Assembly (NCBI RefSeq): GCF_018977255.1
Contig: NW_024704742.1
Span: 68,450,001-68,514,000, forward strand
Direction: 5' to 3'
DNA: 64,000 bases
From: Callorhinchus milii
Lineage: Eukaryota
Below, in pieces: positions 52,160 through 64,000 of this stretch. A program made the translations under genes and the position numbers. The notes under the pieces are model-generated. The model was not told where the DNA came from, searched no databases, and saw nothing but the letters and a program-made list of their open reading frames with translations. Numbering within the stretch: the stretch's first letter is position 1; each line of letters starts with the position of its first letter.

Positions 52160-53475
52160 CTTGAATGGTTTAGGTCGTACCTTTCTCACCGTCTTCACTT
52201 TGTCTCGACGAATGGCTTCTCCTCCACCCCCCGTACTGTCTCATGTGGTGTCCCTCAGGGCTCTGTCCTCGGTCCCCTCCTCTTCACCCTCTATATGCTC
52301 CCCCTGTGGTGACATCATCCGCAGACATGGGGTTAACTTCCACATGTATGCGGATGACACCCAACTCTACCTTTCCTCCTCTACTCTCAACTCCACGACC
52401 ACCGATGTCCTGACAGTCTGCCTGTCCGACATCGAGTCCTGGACGAGAGACAACTTTCTTCAGCTCAACGTGCGAAAAACCGAGGCCCTCCTGATTGGCT
52501 CACGTCAGCGCCTCCGCACCTCAGGCGCTGACACCATCAGCATCCAAGGCTGCACTCTCCACCTCTCAAAGCCGGTCAGGAACCTCAGCGTTTTGTTCGA
52601 CCCTGAGCTGTCCTTTCTCCCTCACATCCGCACCACAACTGGCACCGCCTTCCATCACCTCCGGAACATCGCCAGACTACGGCATTACCTCACCCCTCAC
52701 GCTGCTGAAACTCTGGTTCACACCTTTGTCACCTCAAGGCTGGACTATGGGAACTCTCTCCTCGCCGGCCTTCCCGCCACCTCCCTCCACAAGCTGCAGG
52801 TCATTCAGAACTCTGCAGCTCGTGTACTGTCCCGCACCAGGCTTCGGGACCACATCACTCCCACCCTCGCTCGCCTCCACTGGCTCCCCATCCCCCAGAG
52901 GATAGATTTCAAGATCCTCATCCTCACCTACAAGGCCATTCACGGCCTCGCTCCCTCCTACCTCTCCAACCTACTATCCCCCTACCTACCTGCCCGTACC
53001 CTCCGTTCCTCTGGCTCCGGTCTGCTCCACATCCCCCGCCCCAACCGCCCTACCATCGGTGGCCGGGCCTTCAGCCTCTCAGCCCCGAGGCTCTGGAATT
53101 CCATCCCCCAGTGCCTTCGCCGCTTCCTCCCTTTCCTCCTTCAAGGCCGGTCTCAAAACCTTTCTCTTTAACCGAGCCTTCAGCTCCTCTCTCGACTCTC
53201 TACCCCCTCCTCGCTCCCTCCCTCCCTCCCCTCACCCTGACCATTTCCCCTCCTCGCTCCTCCCTTCCCTCCCTCACCCTGACCATTTCCCCCTCCTCGC
53301 TCCCTCCCTTCCCTCCCCTCACCCTGACCATTTCCCCCTCCTCGCTCCCTCCCTTCCCTCCCCTCACCATTTCCCCCCTGCTCGGGTCATGACCCAACTG
53401 TGCAGCGCCTTGGGACGTCCTCCTGACGTGAAAGGCGCTTTATAAATGAAATCTTGTTGTTGTTGTTGTTGTTGT
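52160..53475 (+). mobile_element. L2-like LINE, 5'-truncated, little-decayed copy
   Basis: ORF 52161-53171 has the RT motif FHMYADDTQLY plus WTRDNFLQLN, SRLDYGNSLL, LHWLPI and GGRAFS. It has a 3' UTR with a short tandem repeat and a (TTG)n tail. Confidence 0.93.
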
Positions 53476-53789
53476 AATGACTTACTATGTATTTGTAGAA
53501 CAGAAATAGTATAAGAAGCTGCGTTGGTGAGGGCTGAGGTTGATTTTGTCCCAACTTTTGGGAGACATTTCGAACTTACATGAGGCGCATCCAATATAAA
53601 GGGGTTACTGAGTTCACATCTGGTTTATGCGGGCAGTAAATAACTGATGTTTTAACAATTATGTTTTTGTATAATATGAACCAGCCTATAGTTAAATGCA
53701 TTTGAAATGCAGCAACAATTTAATAAAAATGGTTAATTTGGAGCAACCCCGTTATTAAGTGCCTCACTAAACTGCTTGCTTGTGGGTGC

Positions 53790-54185
53790 ACTGTGGATCC
53801 ACAACTATTGTGGTACAAGCCCCACGTCAAGACTTTGAGCTCATAGTCTAGGCTGGCACTCCAGTTGATGTTGGGGGAACGCTACATTGTTGGAAGTACT
53901 GACGTTTGGTGAGACGTTAAAATTAGGTCCTGTCCACATGTACAGGTGGATGTTAAAGATCCTGTTGGCACAATTCAAAAAGGGGGAGTTTCCCTGGTGT
54001 CCTGGCCAATAATTTGCTAGATAAAAAATTGGTCATTCACTTCTTCACAGTCGTTTGTGGGATACTGCTGTACGCAGATTGACTACTGTGTACAAATTGA
54101 GTGCCGTATTCACCTACAAGATGCAGTCATTACACTTTAATGCTTTGAGATGCTGTAATGTGACAAGGCGTTATATTAAATACAG
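53790..54185 (+). mobile_element. Deu-domain-type SINE
   Basis: Same core and tail as the 49595 copy. Confidence 0.7.
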
Positions 54186-55501
54186 TACAGCTGAAATGTG
54201 TTTCACTGTAGCCCAAATTCACTTCTAACATGAGTCAGTGCAGACTCAATTCTGTCAATGTGTTGTCAATTTCACATCATTGAAACTTGGTTGCACTGTG
54301 ACCCAGTCATTACATGTGTGTAGCCGGCCCACTCGTTTCACGTGCACCAGCTGGCATTTCACACTAAAATGGCTGACTTCCAGTTCATTAAGTTGCTATT
54401 GACATCACTTCCTATTTTCCCACACGGGTGCAAAGGATGAAATGACTTCAGCAGTAATCGTTCATTTTAGCTTGTTGCGCTAAAAAAGTCAGACTTCTGG
54501 GTCATCAGGTTACCACCAATGTCACTTCTCACTTTGGACAGAAAACAGGAAGTGATGGTACTCTGTTTACATCAGCTGGTTGCAAGCGTGTTCATTATAC
54601 TCACAATATACCTTGCTATAATGTGGATTGGGATTTTATGGATACAAATATTGCATTATAATGAGTCTGCACTGTACAAGGTTTTTTATAACACTTTCAG
54701 TACAGACTAGTCAACATCCTGCGCTAAAAAAACAGTCAGCGCCCACTATTTGCAGCAAGTGTTGCTAATGCAACTTCAGGAAGAAAAGGACATTAGTGGT
54801 GGGTTCTGACCTGGAAGTCAACCATTTTTGTGCTTTATTTTAGCATGGCATCTAAGACATTAGATTCAGCCATGTTATAATGGGGTAGCACTATGCTAAA
54901 CCACTATTGAGAGCTGCATGTGAATGTTATGAGCAAATATTGTAATTGCACAATTTTACTCTAGAAATAAACATTCAACATACTCTAGAAATAAACACTT
55001 TGTCTTGACCTGACCCAGCAATAAATAGACTTTCAACACAATTTGTAGCTTTGTTGGATCAGCCATTTCTTACACATTTCTTTATCTCTCAATTTTACCA
55101 TCGCATTAACACTAATTTCTGTATCTATAGGTCAGTATATGGTAAACTCTGAAGTCCTAATATACCAGTTCTTGCCTGGCCATTGGCTCCCTATCGCAGA
55201 ATGGATCCATTTCAAGATCCTCATACTCGCCTACAAATTACTTTATACTCTAGCACAGGGATGGGCAATTATATTGGCTTGCAGGCCACTTCATGAGTTT
55301 TGGTAAGCTTCGCAGGCCACACACTTAATATAGATGCAAATGCTTAATAGCACAAAATCAAGTCTTACACTTGTACATGCATAAAATGAAGTCTATATAA
55401 TTGACACTAAAATTAGGTTAAATATAAACAACTCATTGGGCAGACATTTATTCAATATTTATTCATTTATTCACATATTGATGAGAATGTGAGAAGTTCA
55501 C

Positions 55502-57540
55502 TCAATGGGAAGAATGAAAGCGTTGATGTGGGTTAACCAGACAATTGAAGTCAGGCATCGTCTCCATTGTTGCAATGCAGAGTACTGCTGCAAGGTGGTC
55601 ATCAGTCATCACAAATCTGTTTTGATTTATTGAATTTCATCACAGAAAATTTCTCCTCGCATATGTATGTTGTTCCAAACAGCATAAGCATCTTCCGGGC
55701 ATGAGCCTTTATTTTTGGAAAGGAATATTCATTAAGAGAGGCGTAAAAACTGGGAAGCGGCACTGATTTGAATTGCTCCGCAAACAATGGATCACATTGC
55801 AGGTCAATAAGCTTCAGTTGGAGATCAAATGGGGCTTTGTCAACATCAAATGAGAAAGGTGAAGAAACCAAAGACAGGTCATTTTCGATCAAATTGAAAT
55901 CCTGGAATCGGCGAGAAAATTCATCATGTAAGTCAAGTAGTGACGAAGTATACTTTTTAAGACTTTGATTGCAAATGATAATCTGCTGCAAAGTTGGAAA
56001 GTGGGCGAACAGCCTGTTTCCTATCTTGACGCGATAAAAGAAATAATTTCGTCATAAATGATTTGACACTGCAATACAAATCATGCACAAAGGCCCCCTT
56101 CCGTTGCAGTTCTGGCCTGCTCCATATCCCCAAACCCATCACCCCACCATTGGTGGGAGAGCCTTCAGCCACTCTGCCCCCAACCTCTGGAATTCCATCC
56201 CCCAATCACTCCGCCTCACCCCCTCCTTAGCCTCCTTCAAGACCCGCCTCAAAACCCACCTCTTCGACTATGCCATTGGTCACCCCCCTTCTCCCCCCTG
56301 ACCCCAGCTCAGGTCTGAAATGCTGTACACTGTCCAGTGCCTTGGGACATCCTCCCGACGTGAAAGGCGCTATACAAATGTAATCTTGTTGTTGAATTCA
56401 GTTCATTCATGTGGCCCATGATATCAATGGCAAATGCGAAATCAGAGAACCAATTCACATCACCCAGCTGTGGGAAATCCAAATCTTTTTGTTTCATGTC
56501 CAAAAATCAATCTGTTCTCAGTTTCCACACTCATTTCAAGATCTTTCCTAAACTTAGCCGTCTTACATTCGTGTGATACAGAACATCCGTGTGCTCGGAT
56601 TCCAATTCCTCAAGCAGAGTTACAAATTGCCTGTGGTTTAATCCTTTTGCTCGAACGTAGTTGACCACTTTCGTAACTGTGTCCACGACATTGCTTAGTT
56701 TTAGAACACTCTTACAGAGGACCTCTTGGTGGATAATGCAGTGTAGAAAAACAATATTCTGTTCTGGATTTGTTTCTTTGACTTGATCTTGAATTCTTTT
56801 CAGTAACCCAACATGTTTGCCTGTCAGATTTGGGCTTCCATCAGTGGTCACATTCACCAATTTTTTCCACTCCACTCCTAATTTTAAGATACACTTATTT
56901 ACTGCCTCCAAAGTCTTCTCCAGTTGTCGTTTCATTGACTGCATTGATGCCATTTCTTTTGTGAGCTCAAAATGTTTGGTGATACCTCGAATAAAAATTA
57001 TCAACTGGGCTGTGTCATTGATATTACAACTCTCATCAGTGCCAGTGAAAAACGTGCAAATACAGGTTCTCCGAGATATCCTCGACACATCTCACAATAG
57101 TTCGCCTTGACAAGCTAATATTCTCGAACTGTTTTTTCTTGTCTGGGCATAAAATCGAGGCAGTCAACCATACATTCCTTTATAAATTCTCCTTCAGAGA
57201 ATGGTTTGCTGTTCTTGGCGATTTTGTGTGCAATCACATAACTCACTCTTGTAATCTCATCCTGGGTCGCAAATTGTTTTGTGAAAATGCTTTGTTCTTT
57301 TTGCATTCGAACAACCATCTCATCAGCTTTCTTTCCTTTTTCTTCGGCAGAAACGTTCTTATATTTGCAAGCATGCTCTCAAAATGGCGATTCAAGTTAT
57401 AGTCTTTCAGCACTGCCACACTTTCTTTGCAAATTAAGCACACAGCTTTTCCACCCACTGGTAAAAAAATATTTAGAAGTCCATTCTTTTTTGAACATTC
57501 GGCCTTCAGGGTCCACTTTCCGCTTCTTTGATAAACTCAT
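55502..57540 (-). pseudogene. Frameshifted hAT transposase
   Basis: Pieces in several frames: MSLSKKRKVDPEGRMFKKEW, AVCLICKESVAVLKDYNLNRHF (BED finger), KPFSEGEFIKECM, DESCNINDTAQL, TTDGSPNLTG, LHCIIHQEVLC, FGTTYICEEKFSVMK, ending FHSSH*. Confidence 0.9.
56111..56394 (+). mobile_element. L2-like LINE 3' fragment inserted in the hAT transposase
   Basis: Encodes PTIGGRAFSHSAPNLWNSIP, carries the family 3' end (gacgtgaaaggcgctatacaaat) and a (TTG)n tail, and interrupts MNELN...ELQRKG. Confidence 0.9.
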
Positions 57541-58849
57541 TTCGAATTAACGTCCTCTTTAGTGACAAGTATTGCTGTAGTTGTCGCGCACGCGTTTAAA
57601 AATTTGCCGATCCGTACATTTCTGACGTCAGCCTGATTCAACACTTAAGGGAACGTGCGTACAACTAAGCAGTGTTTCCTGATGTTTCCGGTCTGATTCA
57701 AGTGCAAAATTTGTGCGACTTTCTGGGACTGAACAAACTATAATTTTTTCTATAGCTAGACACAATGAAGGGCCGGATAGATATTGGCAGGCTGGATATG
57801 ATCTGCAGGCCGTATTTTACCCACCCCTGCTCCAGCATCCCCCTACCTCTCCAACCTACTCACACCCCTCTTCCAGCCCCGTCACTCGGTTGGCTTGAAT
57901 CCCCTGACCCCTCCACTCCAACATTGGTGGCCATGTCTTCAGCTACCACGCCTCAAACCTCTGGAACTGCCCGCCTTAACCCCTCTGCCTTGCCCTCTCT
58001 TTACCTGTCTTCAAATTGCACCTGAAGACTTTTTGCTTTGACTGTACCTAGTCACCTTCCCTTTCTCCCTGGTTCGGTGTCAAACTCCGCCATTGTTCAA
58101 CGCTTCCTCTCCTTCCTTTGGGGATCTGACTAAGTAGCCTTCATCTCTGTAGGACAGGTATTTCCTATCGCCCTACTTCTCAGCTCCCACGAGACATGAA
58201 GTATAGTATGGGTTGTAAGAATTAGGCAACTTGGATCTACGGTTCCCAAAGCTTTCCACTGTGTTGTAGACTAATCCACACAGAATTAATTGCTATCAAC
58301 ACCTCCATTATTGTAGCAAGCGACTTCCAGGGTGGTAGAAAGTGGACTAGATGGACCTAGTTGAACAATTCCTGTTCTCTCCCCAGATCGAGCTCCCACT
58401 CAGCCTTTGTAAAGCACTGCGAGATATTCTCCCAATGTGAAAGGTGCTAAATAAGTGTGAGTTGTTTCTCAATACGCATTTAATATATTTTGTGAAATGT
58501 GCATATCGGGTGATATGAAAGATAAGCTGAACAGGGATTGGATTTTACCTCAGTGTCACTGTAAAACAATACCAATGATACATTTTGCACATTGACGAGA
58601 CGAGATGTTCTGTTGCTGAGTGGAACTGGACCCGGAGTGACTGATGATGTTGTTGATGACTGGATCCAGAGTGAGGATGGAGGTGGATCGTCTCGAGTTG
58701 GTGATTTGACATCCGACAAGTGCAGGTTTGAGGACGATGATGAAGATAAGCGGCCTGGGCGTGAGTGAGCGAGGGCGGAGCTGAAGGTGAGTGTGCGCGG
58801 ACCGGACCGTGAGTGATGATTATGAATGTGCGGGAACTACATCTGGAGT

Positions 58850-58990
58850 GAGGAGGAGGAGGATGAAGATGATGAGTTCTGACGGACCCTGGGGGTGAGG
58901 AGGATGAAGAAGATGATTGATGATGATGGATGAAGATGACCATTGATGATGATGAAGTGGATGATTGATGATGATCGATGAAGATGATGT
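58850..58990. repeat. Degenerate (GAT/GAG)n trinucleotide region
   Basis: Directly visible. Confidence 0.8.
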
Positions 58991-59039
58991 CACGCTCTGA
59001 CTCAGCTCCGCGACGGTTAACCAACGGCTGGTGAGCAGA

Positions 59040-59480
59040 TTTCAAATTACGTCACGTTTGAAGCACGCCCCCCCCCGGACCTGATTGACGGGGCGGATGT
59101 CAATCAGAGCTGCACCTGCACTGCCATTGGTGAATGAGCACGTCAATCACTTCAACCCAGACTTCCGGTCCTTACTGCTTGTCAGATGAAGAGAATTCAT
59201 CATTTCGATTTTTAAAAAGAAATATAGTTTCTCACCGTTAAGCCTTTGGATCCGTCGCCTGTTTATCTGCCGTTCCACCTATCACTTGTGTTACTTGTCG
59301 CCCACGGTAGATATGAATTATTTTAAATAAATAGTTTTGAAATGGCATAGTCCCGCCTCCTAGCTCTGATTGGTGAACATGGCGGCTATCGGAGGACGCC
59401 GATTGGTGTAGAGCGACGTCCGTCAGATAGACCTTCCGGTCCCTCCCCGCTTTGCCCCGCCCCCCGGGCGGAGCAGCGAG
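59040..59480. promoter_or_regulatory. PANK2 CpG-island promoter, probably bidirectional
   Basis: CRE-like TTACGTCA (~59047), ETS-type CTTCCGGT (~59162, ~59433), reverse CCAAT boxes ATTGG (~59126, ~59369, ~59402), YY1-like ACATGGCGGC (~59377) and GC boxes. Confidence 0.75.
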
Positions 59481-59618
59481 TCGGTGCGGCGGCGATGCGG
59501 AGAGACTGAGAGGATTTTGCTGCCGGGCTCGGGGAGCTGTTCAGTGAGGGTCGGCTGTCGCTTCACCCGCCAGTATTCTCCATCTCCCCCGCGCCGCCCC
59601 CACATCCCCACACGGGTC

Positions 59619-59871
59619 ATGAAGAAAGTGGGTGGCTCGGAGAGGCAGTCGGTGAGCGGCAGCGGAACCCAAGTGAACGGGGTGACGAACGGTTACCATG
59701 GCGGCGGCCGGAGTGAGGAGGAGGGCCGCCAGCGACCAGAGGCGCCTCCGGAGCCTGAGGGAGAGCATCAGCAGGAGCAGAAGCCGTCACGGGCGGGTTA
59801 CATCCAGGAGCAGAGCCGAGCCTCGGCCCTGAGCATCCCGCGGTGGGATGCGGTCAAAAAGAACCGACCCC
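59619..59871 (+). CDS. PANK2: Pantothenate kinase 2, first coding exon (gene continues beyond the window)
   Basis: ATG at 59619 in a CpG island. The exon ends ...RWDAVKKNRP plus C|gtgagt (phase 1), matching the PANK exon-1 end (human PANK2 ...RVESLRKKRP|LFPWFG). It lies downstream of MAVS, as in human. Confidence 0.82.
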
Positions 59872-61129
59872 GTGAGTAGCGGCTGTCGCTGCGCTCTCGA
59901 GCCCATGTTGCCGAGTTGGGCGGTTTCACGCCCAACTGCGCTGGTTTTTGGAGGTCCTCCGCGTCCGAAATAACGGCTTCGGGCTCTGGTGCTTCAGTTA
60001 GAATTTAAATGTGTTTTAAAAATTATTTATTTTTAAAAAAACTGAAACCGGCAAACCGCGCTCTCCTTTTTGAAGACCTTTTCCTCGCACAGTTTCAGAA
60101 TGGGCCACTCTGCTCTGTCGCGCTGACCTATGGCGGGCGGGCGGGCGGGCGGGCGGGCGGGCGGCGGGCGGGATTGGGCTACAACCTGAATTTCTTCCTC
60201 GGAGAGCGAATGTTTTATTTTTTTAACAGAGGTACCCCCTTGGAGGGGAGGGGGACTGCGGGTCAGGTTATTTTTATTGTCCTTTAGACACCCTTCCTTT
60301 TTTCCCCCTTTTGTATTTCAGCTCAAAATGTCGATTAAAAGCTCATTAAAAATAGCCTGGGACTGATCTCTCTTTAAGTCTCAAGTGTTTGTGTGGCTAT
60401 AAATAAATCAGGTGGCTGTACATGTGTCAGGATGGATAGTCCTATCAGGAGCTGGGATTTTGAAAGCCATCGTACAAATTGTGACTTAGTTAGCCGCCAC
60501 GGAACCAGCCGTAGGAATAATAGTGTGCACTGTATGTGTCAAGCTTTGGCTTATGATCCAGCACTGTATTGCACAATTTTGTCAAAGCTGCTGAGTTGTG
60601 GGGGGAGCGGGGAAAGGATCTGTTCCTTGCCACACAAAATGGTGTCCATTACGCTGAACGTAGTTCTGAGGTTGCATTGTACAGATTGGTTTATTCTGTG
60701 ATTTCAGTCAAATGGAATCTGGTTAAATATGTTCTGCAGCTGCGGATCGCCCCCTCGCAAACATATATCGTCTTCCACTGTAGCTATCTAAATCCGCCCT
60801 TTGTCATGTGTCAAATTGAACATTTTTCAAATAAAATCCAACTTGACCATGTCGTCAATCGTAGGTGAAATTAACACATCTCTCTTTACCAATTGTGGGA
60901 TTCTGAGGATGAACAGAAACTGGTTGAAGGTTTAGACATCCTGGAATGTGTACCCCTTTTATTGGGTTGTTGCTTTTCGCTCACAGACGTATACTAAGCG
61001 GTAATCCTTCATAGAATGAAGGCTGTATAAAGCTGCGTAAGGGTGCACTGCATTAGATGCCTTGTGTTGCAAACCTTCAGCTTCACGATTGCACCTTTGA
61101 TATTTAATTGTAAAAATAAGCTATATATA

Positions 61130-61630
61130 CAAAACAAATGCTTTAAATTCACCTCGGGAGAATGTCCCAAGGCGTTGGACAGAGTACAGCATTTCAGACC
61201 TGAGCTGGGGGAGGGGAAGGGGGGTGGCCGATGGCATGGTCGAAGAGGAGGTTTTTGAGGCGGGACTTGAAGGAGGCTAAGGTTGGGACGAGCCGGAGTG
61301 AGGGGGGGATGGAATTCCAGAGTTTGGGGGCAGAGTGGCTGAAGGCTCTCCCACCAATGGTGGGGCGGGTGGATCGGGGGACATGGAGCAGGCCGGAGCC
61401 AGCTGAGCGGAGGGAGCGGGCGGGTTGGTAGGGGGTTAGGAGGTCACAGAGGTAGGATGGGGGGAGGCCATGGAGGGCTTTGTATGTGAGGACCAGGATC
61501 TTGAACTGGATCCTCTGAAGGATAGGGAGCCAATGGAATCGGGCGAGAATAGGGGAGATGGGGTCACAGAGTTTGGTGCAGGAGAGGACACGGGCTGCAG
61601 AGTTCTGGATTATCTGCAGCCTGTGGAGAG
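61130..61630 (-). mobile_element. L2-like LINE 3' fragment in PANK2 intron 1
   Basis: The C-terminal part of ORF 61194-61811 reads LQIIQNSAARVL...HWLPI...GGRAFSHSAPKLWNSIP. Confidence 0.9.
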
Positions 61631-62105
61631 AGGATTCACAAGGATGATCCCACAACTGAGAGGTTATATCTATCAGGAAAGGCTGTACATGCTTGGACTC
61701 TTCTTTTGAAAAGAGGAGGGTAAGGGGTGACCTGATAGAGGTCTTTGAAACGGTGAAAGATTTTGATAGGGTAGACATAGAGAAAATGTTTCTACTTGTG
61801 GGGGAGACCAAAACCAGGGGCCATCAATATAAAATAGTCACAAATAAATCAAATAGGGAAGTTAGAAGAAATTTCTTCACACACAGAGTACTAGGAATGT
61901 GGCACATTCTACCACAAGGAATTGTTGCAGCAAATAGCATAGATACATTTAAGGGGAAGGCTAGACAGGTACATGAGAGAGAAAGGAATAGAAGGTTATG
62001 CTTGAAGGCTTAGTTGATGAAGGGCAGGAGGAGGCTCATGTGGAGCATGAACACTGACATAGACCAGTTGGGACGAATGGCCTTTTCTGTGCTGTGCATT
62101 CTAAT
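61630..62105 (+). mobile_element. CR1 LINE 3' fragment
   Basis: EKRRVRGDLIEVF...TRGHQYKI...RRNFFTHRVLGMW is the typical CR1 ORF2 C-terminus, followed by a gacgaatggcc...ctgtgctgt 3' end. Confidence 0.9.
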
Positions 62106-64000
62106 GTATAAACTGCTATATCAAATGCAAGAGGGGGCAAGATGAAGGGACTATGGGCTGGAATTCAAAGAGTGGGAGCAGAGAGGCTGAAGGCCTGACT
62201 GCCGATCGTGGGGCGGGCAGGGCGGGAGAGACATGAAGCGGTCCAAAGCTGCTGAGCGGACAGGATGGTATGGATATTAAAACGCAGTCCTTCAATATGA
62301 CAAGATTTAGATTTTTGTTGGTGATCCACCCATAAGGTGGGATTTTCTAATAAATACAGTACATATCACAATAATAGTAATTTGCCTCATTCAGACAACA
62401 ATTGTATAAATTGGATGGAAATACTTTTACTTTTTATTTAAACCTATGCTGTCGACATGTATTGCAATTTAATTTAAAATTAGGTTTAAAATGGTTGCTG
62501 ACCCATGTGCAGCAGTCCCTGGTGAATTGTGCCTTGGGTTGTTTGCTTTTTGGTACACTATTGCATCTTTAGTTTTTTTCATTTCCTGGACTGCTGTGGC
62601 TGTTGACCATCTTGAGATGCTGAAGTAATTGTAAATAACTGATCAGTGTTATGATCCATTAACGCAGGCTAAGCAATATTTGCTCACAATGCAGAATTCA
62701 GTTCTTCCCTCCCCCTTTCATGCATAAAGATTTTGAATCCGATCCCATGAAATACAGTGAAGGGGCTTTACAACTTTCTGCATATTTTTCAGGCGAGTAA
62801 TTCACGGAGGAATATATTAATTTGGATGGACAGGTGCAGCCCAACAAAACTGAAAAAGATTTTATTTTAATTTTATTATTATTATTTATTATTAAGGATG
62901 CGATTTGTGAAATAATAATCCATGCATTTGATAGAACGCCTTTTACGTCAGGAGGCTGTCTCAAAGTGCTTCACATGATTACTCTCAAGTGCAGTGACTG
63001 TATTTTATCGATGAACGCCTATTAAACGTGACGATCGAGCAGGGAAAACCCATCATTCGTTTTTGTTGTGGATAGATTGCCCTCTGCTGCTGAGAGGTTA
63101 GGGTAATAGGATTTAAGAAAAATTAAGTGGTGTTCGATTTGGGAAGCAGAGACTTTAATTATCAGAATTTTTTCAGTCAAGACTGTAGTATTCCTTTGTG
63201 TAACCTAGTTATTAAAAATGTGAAATTAAAAATTGGATTAGCATCGAATTTGCAAATAACATTTAAGGTGGACTGCAATGGTGGCAGTGCACATTCACAA
63301 CCCTGGTAAGTGATTTCCCCACTGATTTCAAGAGGACTACATCTTTATACATTTACCTCCTCTGGAGCTACATGAACTGCAGTATTTGAGTTTGACTGTT
63401 TTGTGTTGGACAGGATTCAGTCAGTAATGTTTTTTTCAAATGGGGATGAATATGAAGCTTAACATCTCTTTAGATGGGATTCTAAACTATTTATTGAATA
63501 GTCGCTCTTAAACCTAGGAAATTGCTATTTAATATAGGTATTTGCATGGACCTACTTGAGTTCTTGCAGTTAAAATTTTACATTATGATCAACCATCCAA
63601 CCTAAGGCGTCGCCTTGGCATCCTTAGTCACATTCTTGCATCCGGGTTGGAAGAATCATCAGACGTAGTCAGTGCTGATAAATAAGTACTAGCATTTTGT
63701 TGCATTGTCAGAGGTGCCATCTTTCAGATGAAACATTCAACTAGAAGAGGAGTGAGTTTCTCCTAGAGTCCAAGCCAGCAGTCCTTCTAATCAATTGTTT
63801 CTTCTTTTAATAATAAAAATAATCCTAGGATTTTATGTAAAAATACATATATATGAGATATAAAGCGAATTCATAGAATCATAGCATTATACAGCACAGA
63901 AGGAGGCCATGCTGGCTCTTGAAAGAGCTATCCAAATTAATCACACTCCCCAAAGCCTTGCAAATTTGTCCTCCCCAAATATCTATCCACTTCTCTCTTG

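Larger units (their letters stand above)
55256..57829 (-). mobile_element. hAT DNA transposon (Charlie/Buster group, GTF2IRD2/SPIN-like transposase), both ends present but decayed
   Basis: TIRs CAGGGATGGGCAA and CAGGGGTGGGTAA (11/13 match). 8-bp TSD ctctagca (55248-55255) and ctccagca (57830-57837). Internal transposase remnants. Confidence 0.92.

Noticed and set aside
61194..61811. 205-aa ORF as a host gene
   Set aside because: It is a chance fusion of antisense CR1 sequence with an L2 fragment.
59872..64000. miR-103 hairpin and further PANK2 exons
   Set aside because: No FPWFGLDIGG exon or miR-103 sequence was seen; these would lie beyond the window.

Overview
Eukaryotic vertebrate genomic DNA. 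The repeat families suggest a cartilaginous fish, possibly a chimaera (inference). The window holds a complete spliced MAVS gene on + (noncoding exon 1 at about 34.6-34.8 kb, four coding exons at 41750-48840, about 770-780 aa). It is followed by the CpG promoter and first coding exon of PANK2 (59619-59871), the same MAVS-PANK2 order as in human. An unidentified minus-strand gene appears to start at about 13.8-16.6 kb and run off the left edge, and another promoter-like patch lies at about 28.8 kb. The rest is dense in L2-like and CR1 LINE fragments, tRNA-derived and Deu-type SINEs, a decayed hAT (Charlie/Buster) transposon, a Tigger-like MITE and several strand-skewed tandem arrays next to promoters. 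Most notable observations: (1) a TSD-flanked, palindromic Penelope-type insert with a degenerate hammerhead ribozyme core about 280 nt after the MAVS stop; (2) a hepacivirus NS3/4A-consensus cleavage site next to the MAVS transmembrane helix; (3) a greatly lengthened pLxIS-to-TM spacer; (4) a GC-AG intron in MAVS. Repeat boundaries are approximate, and family names come from recall, not database searches.
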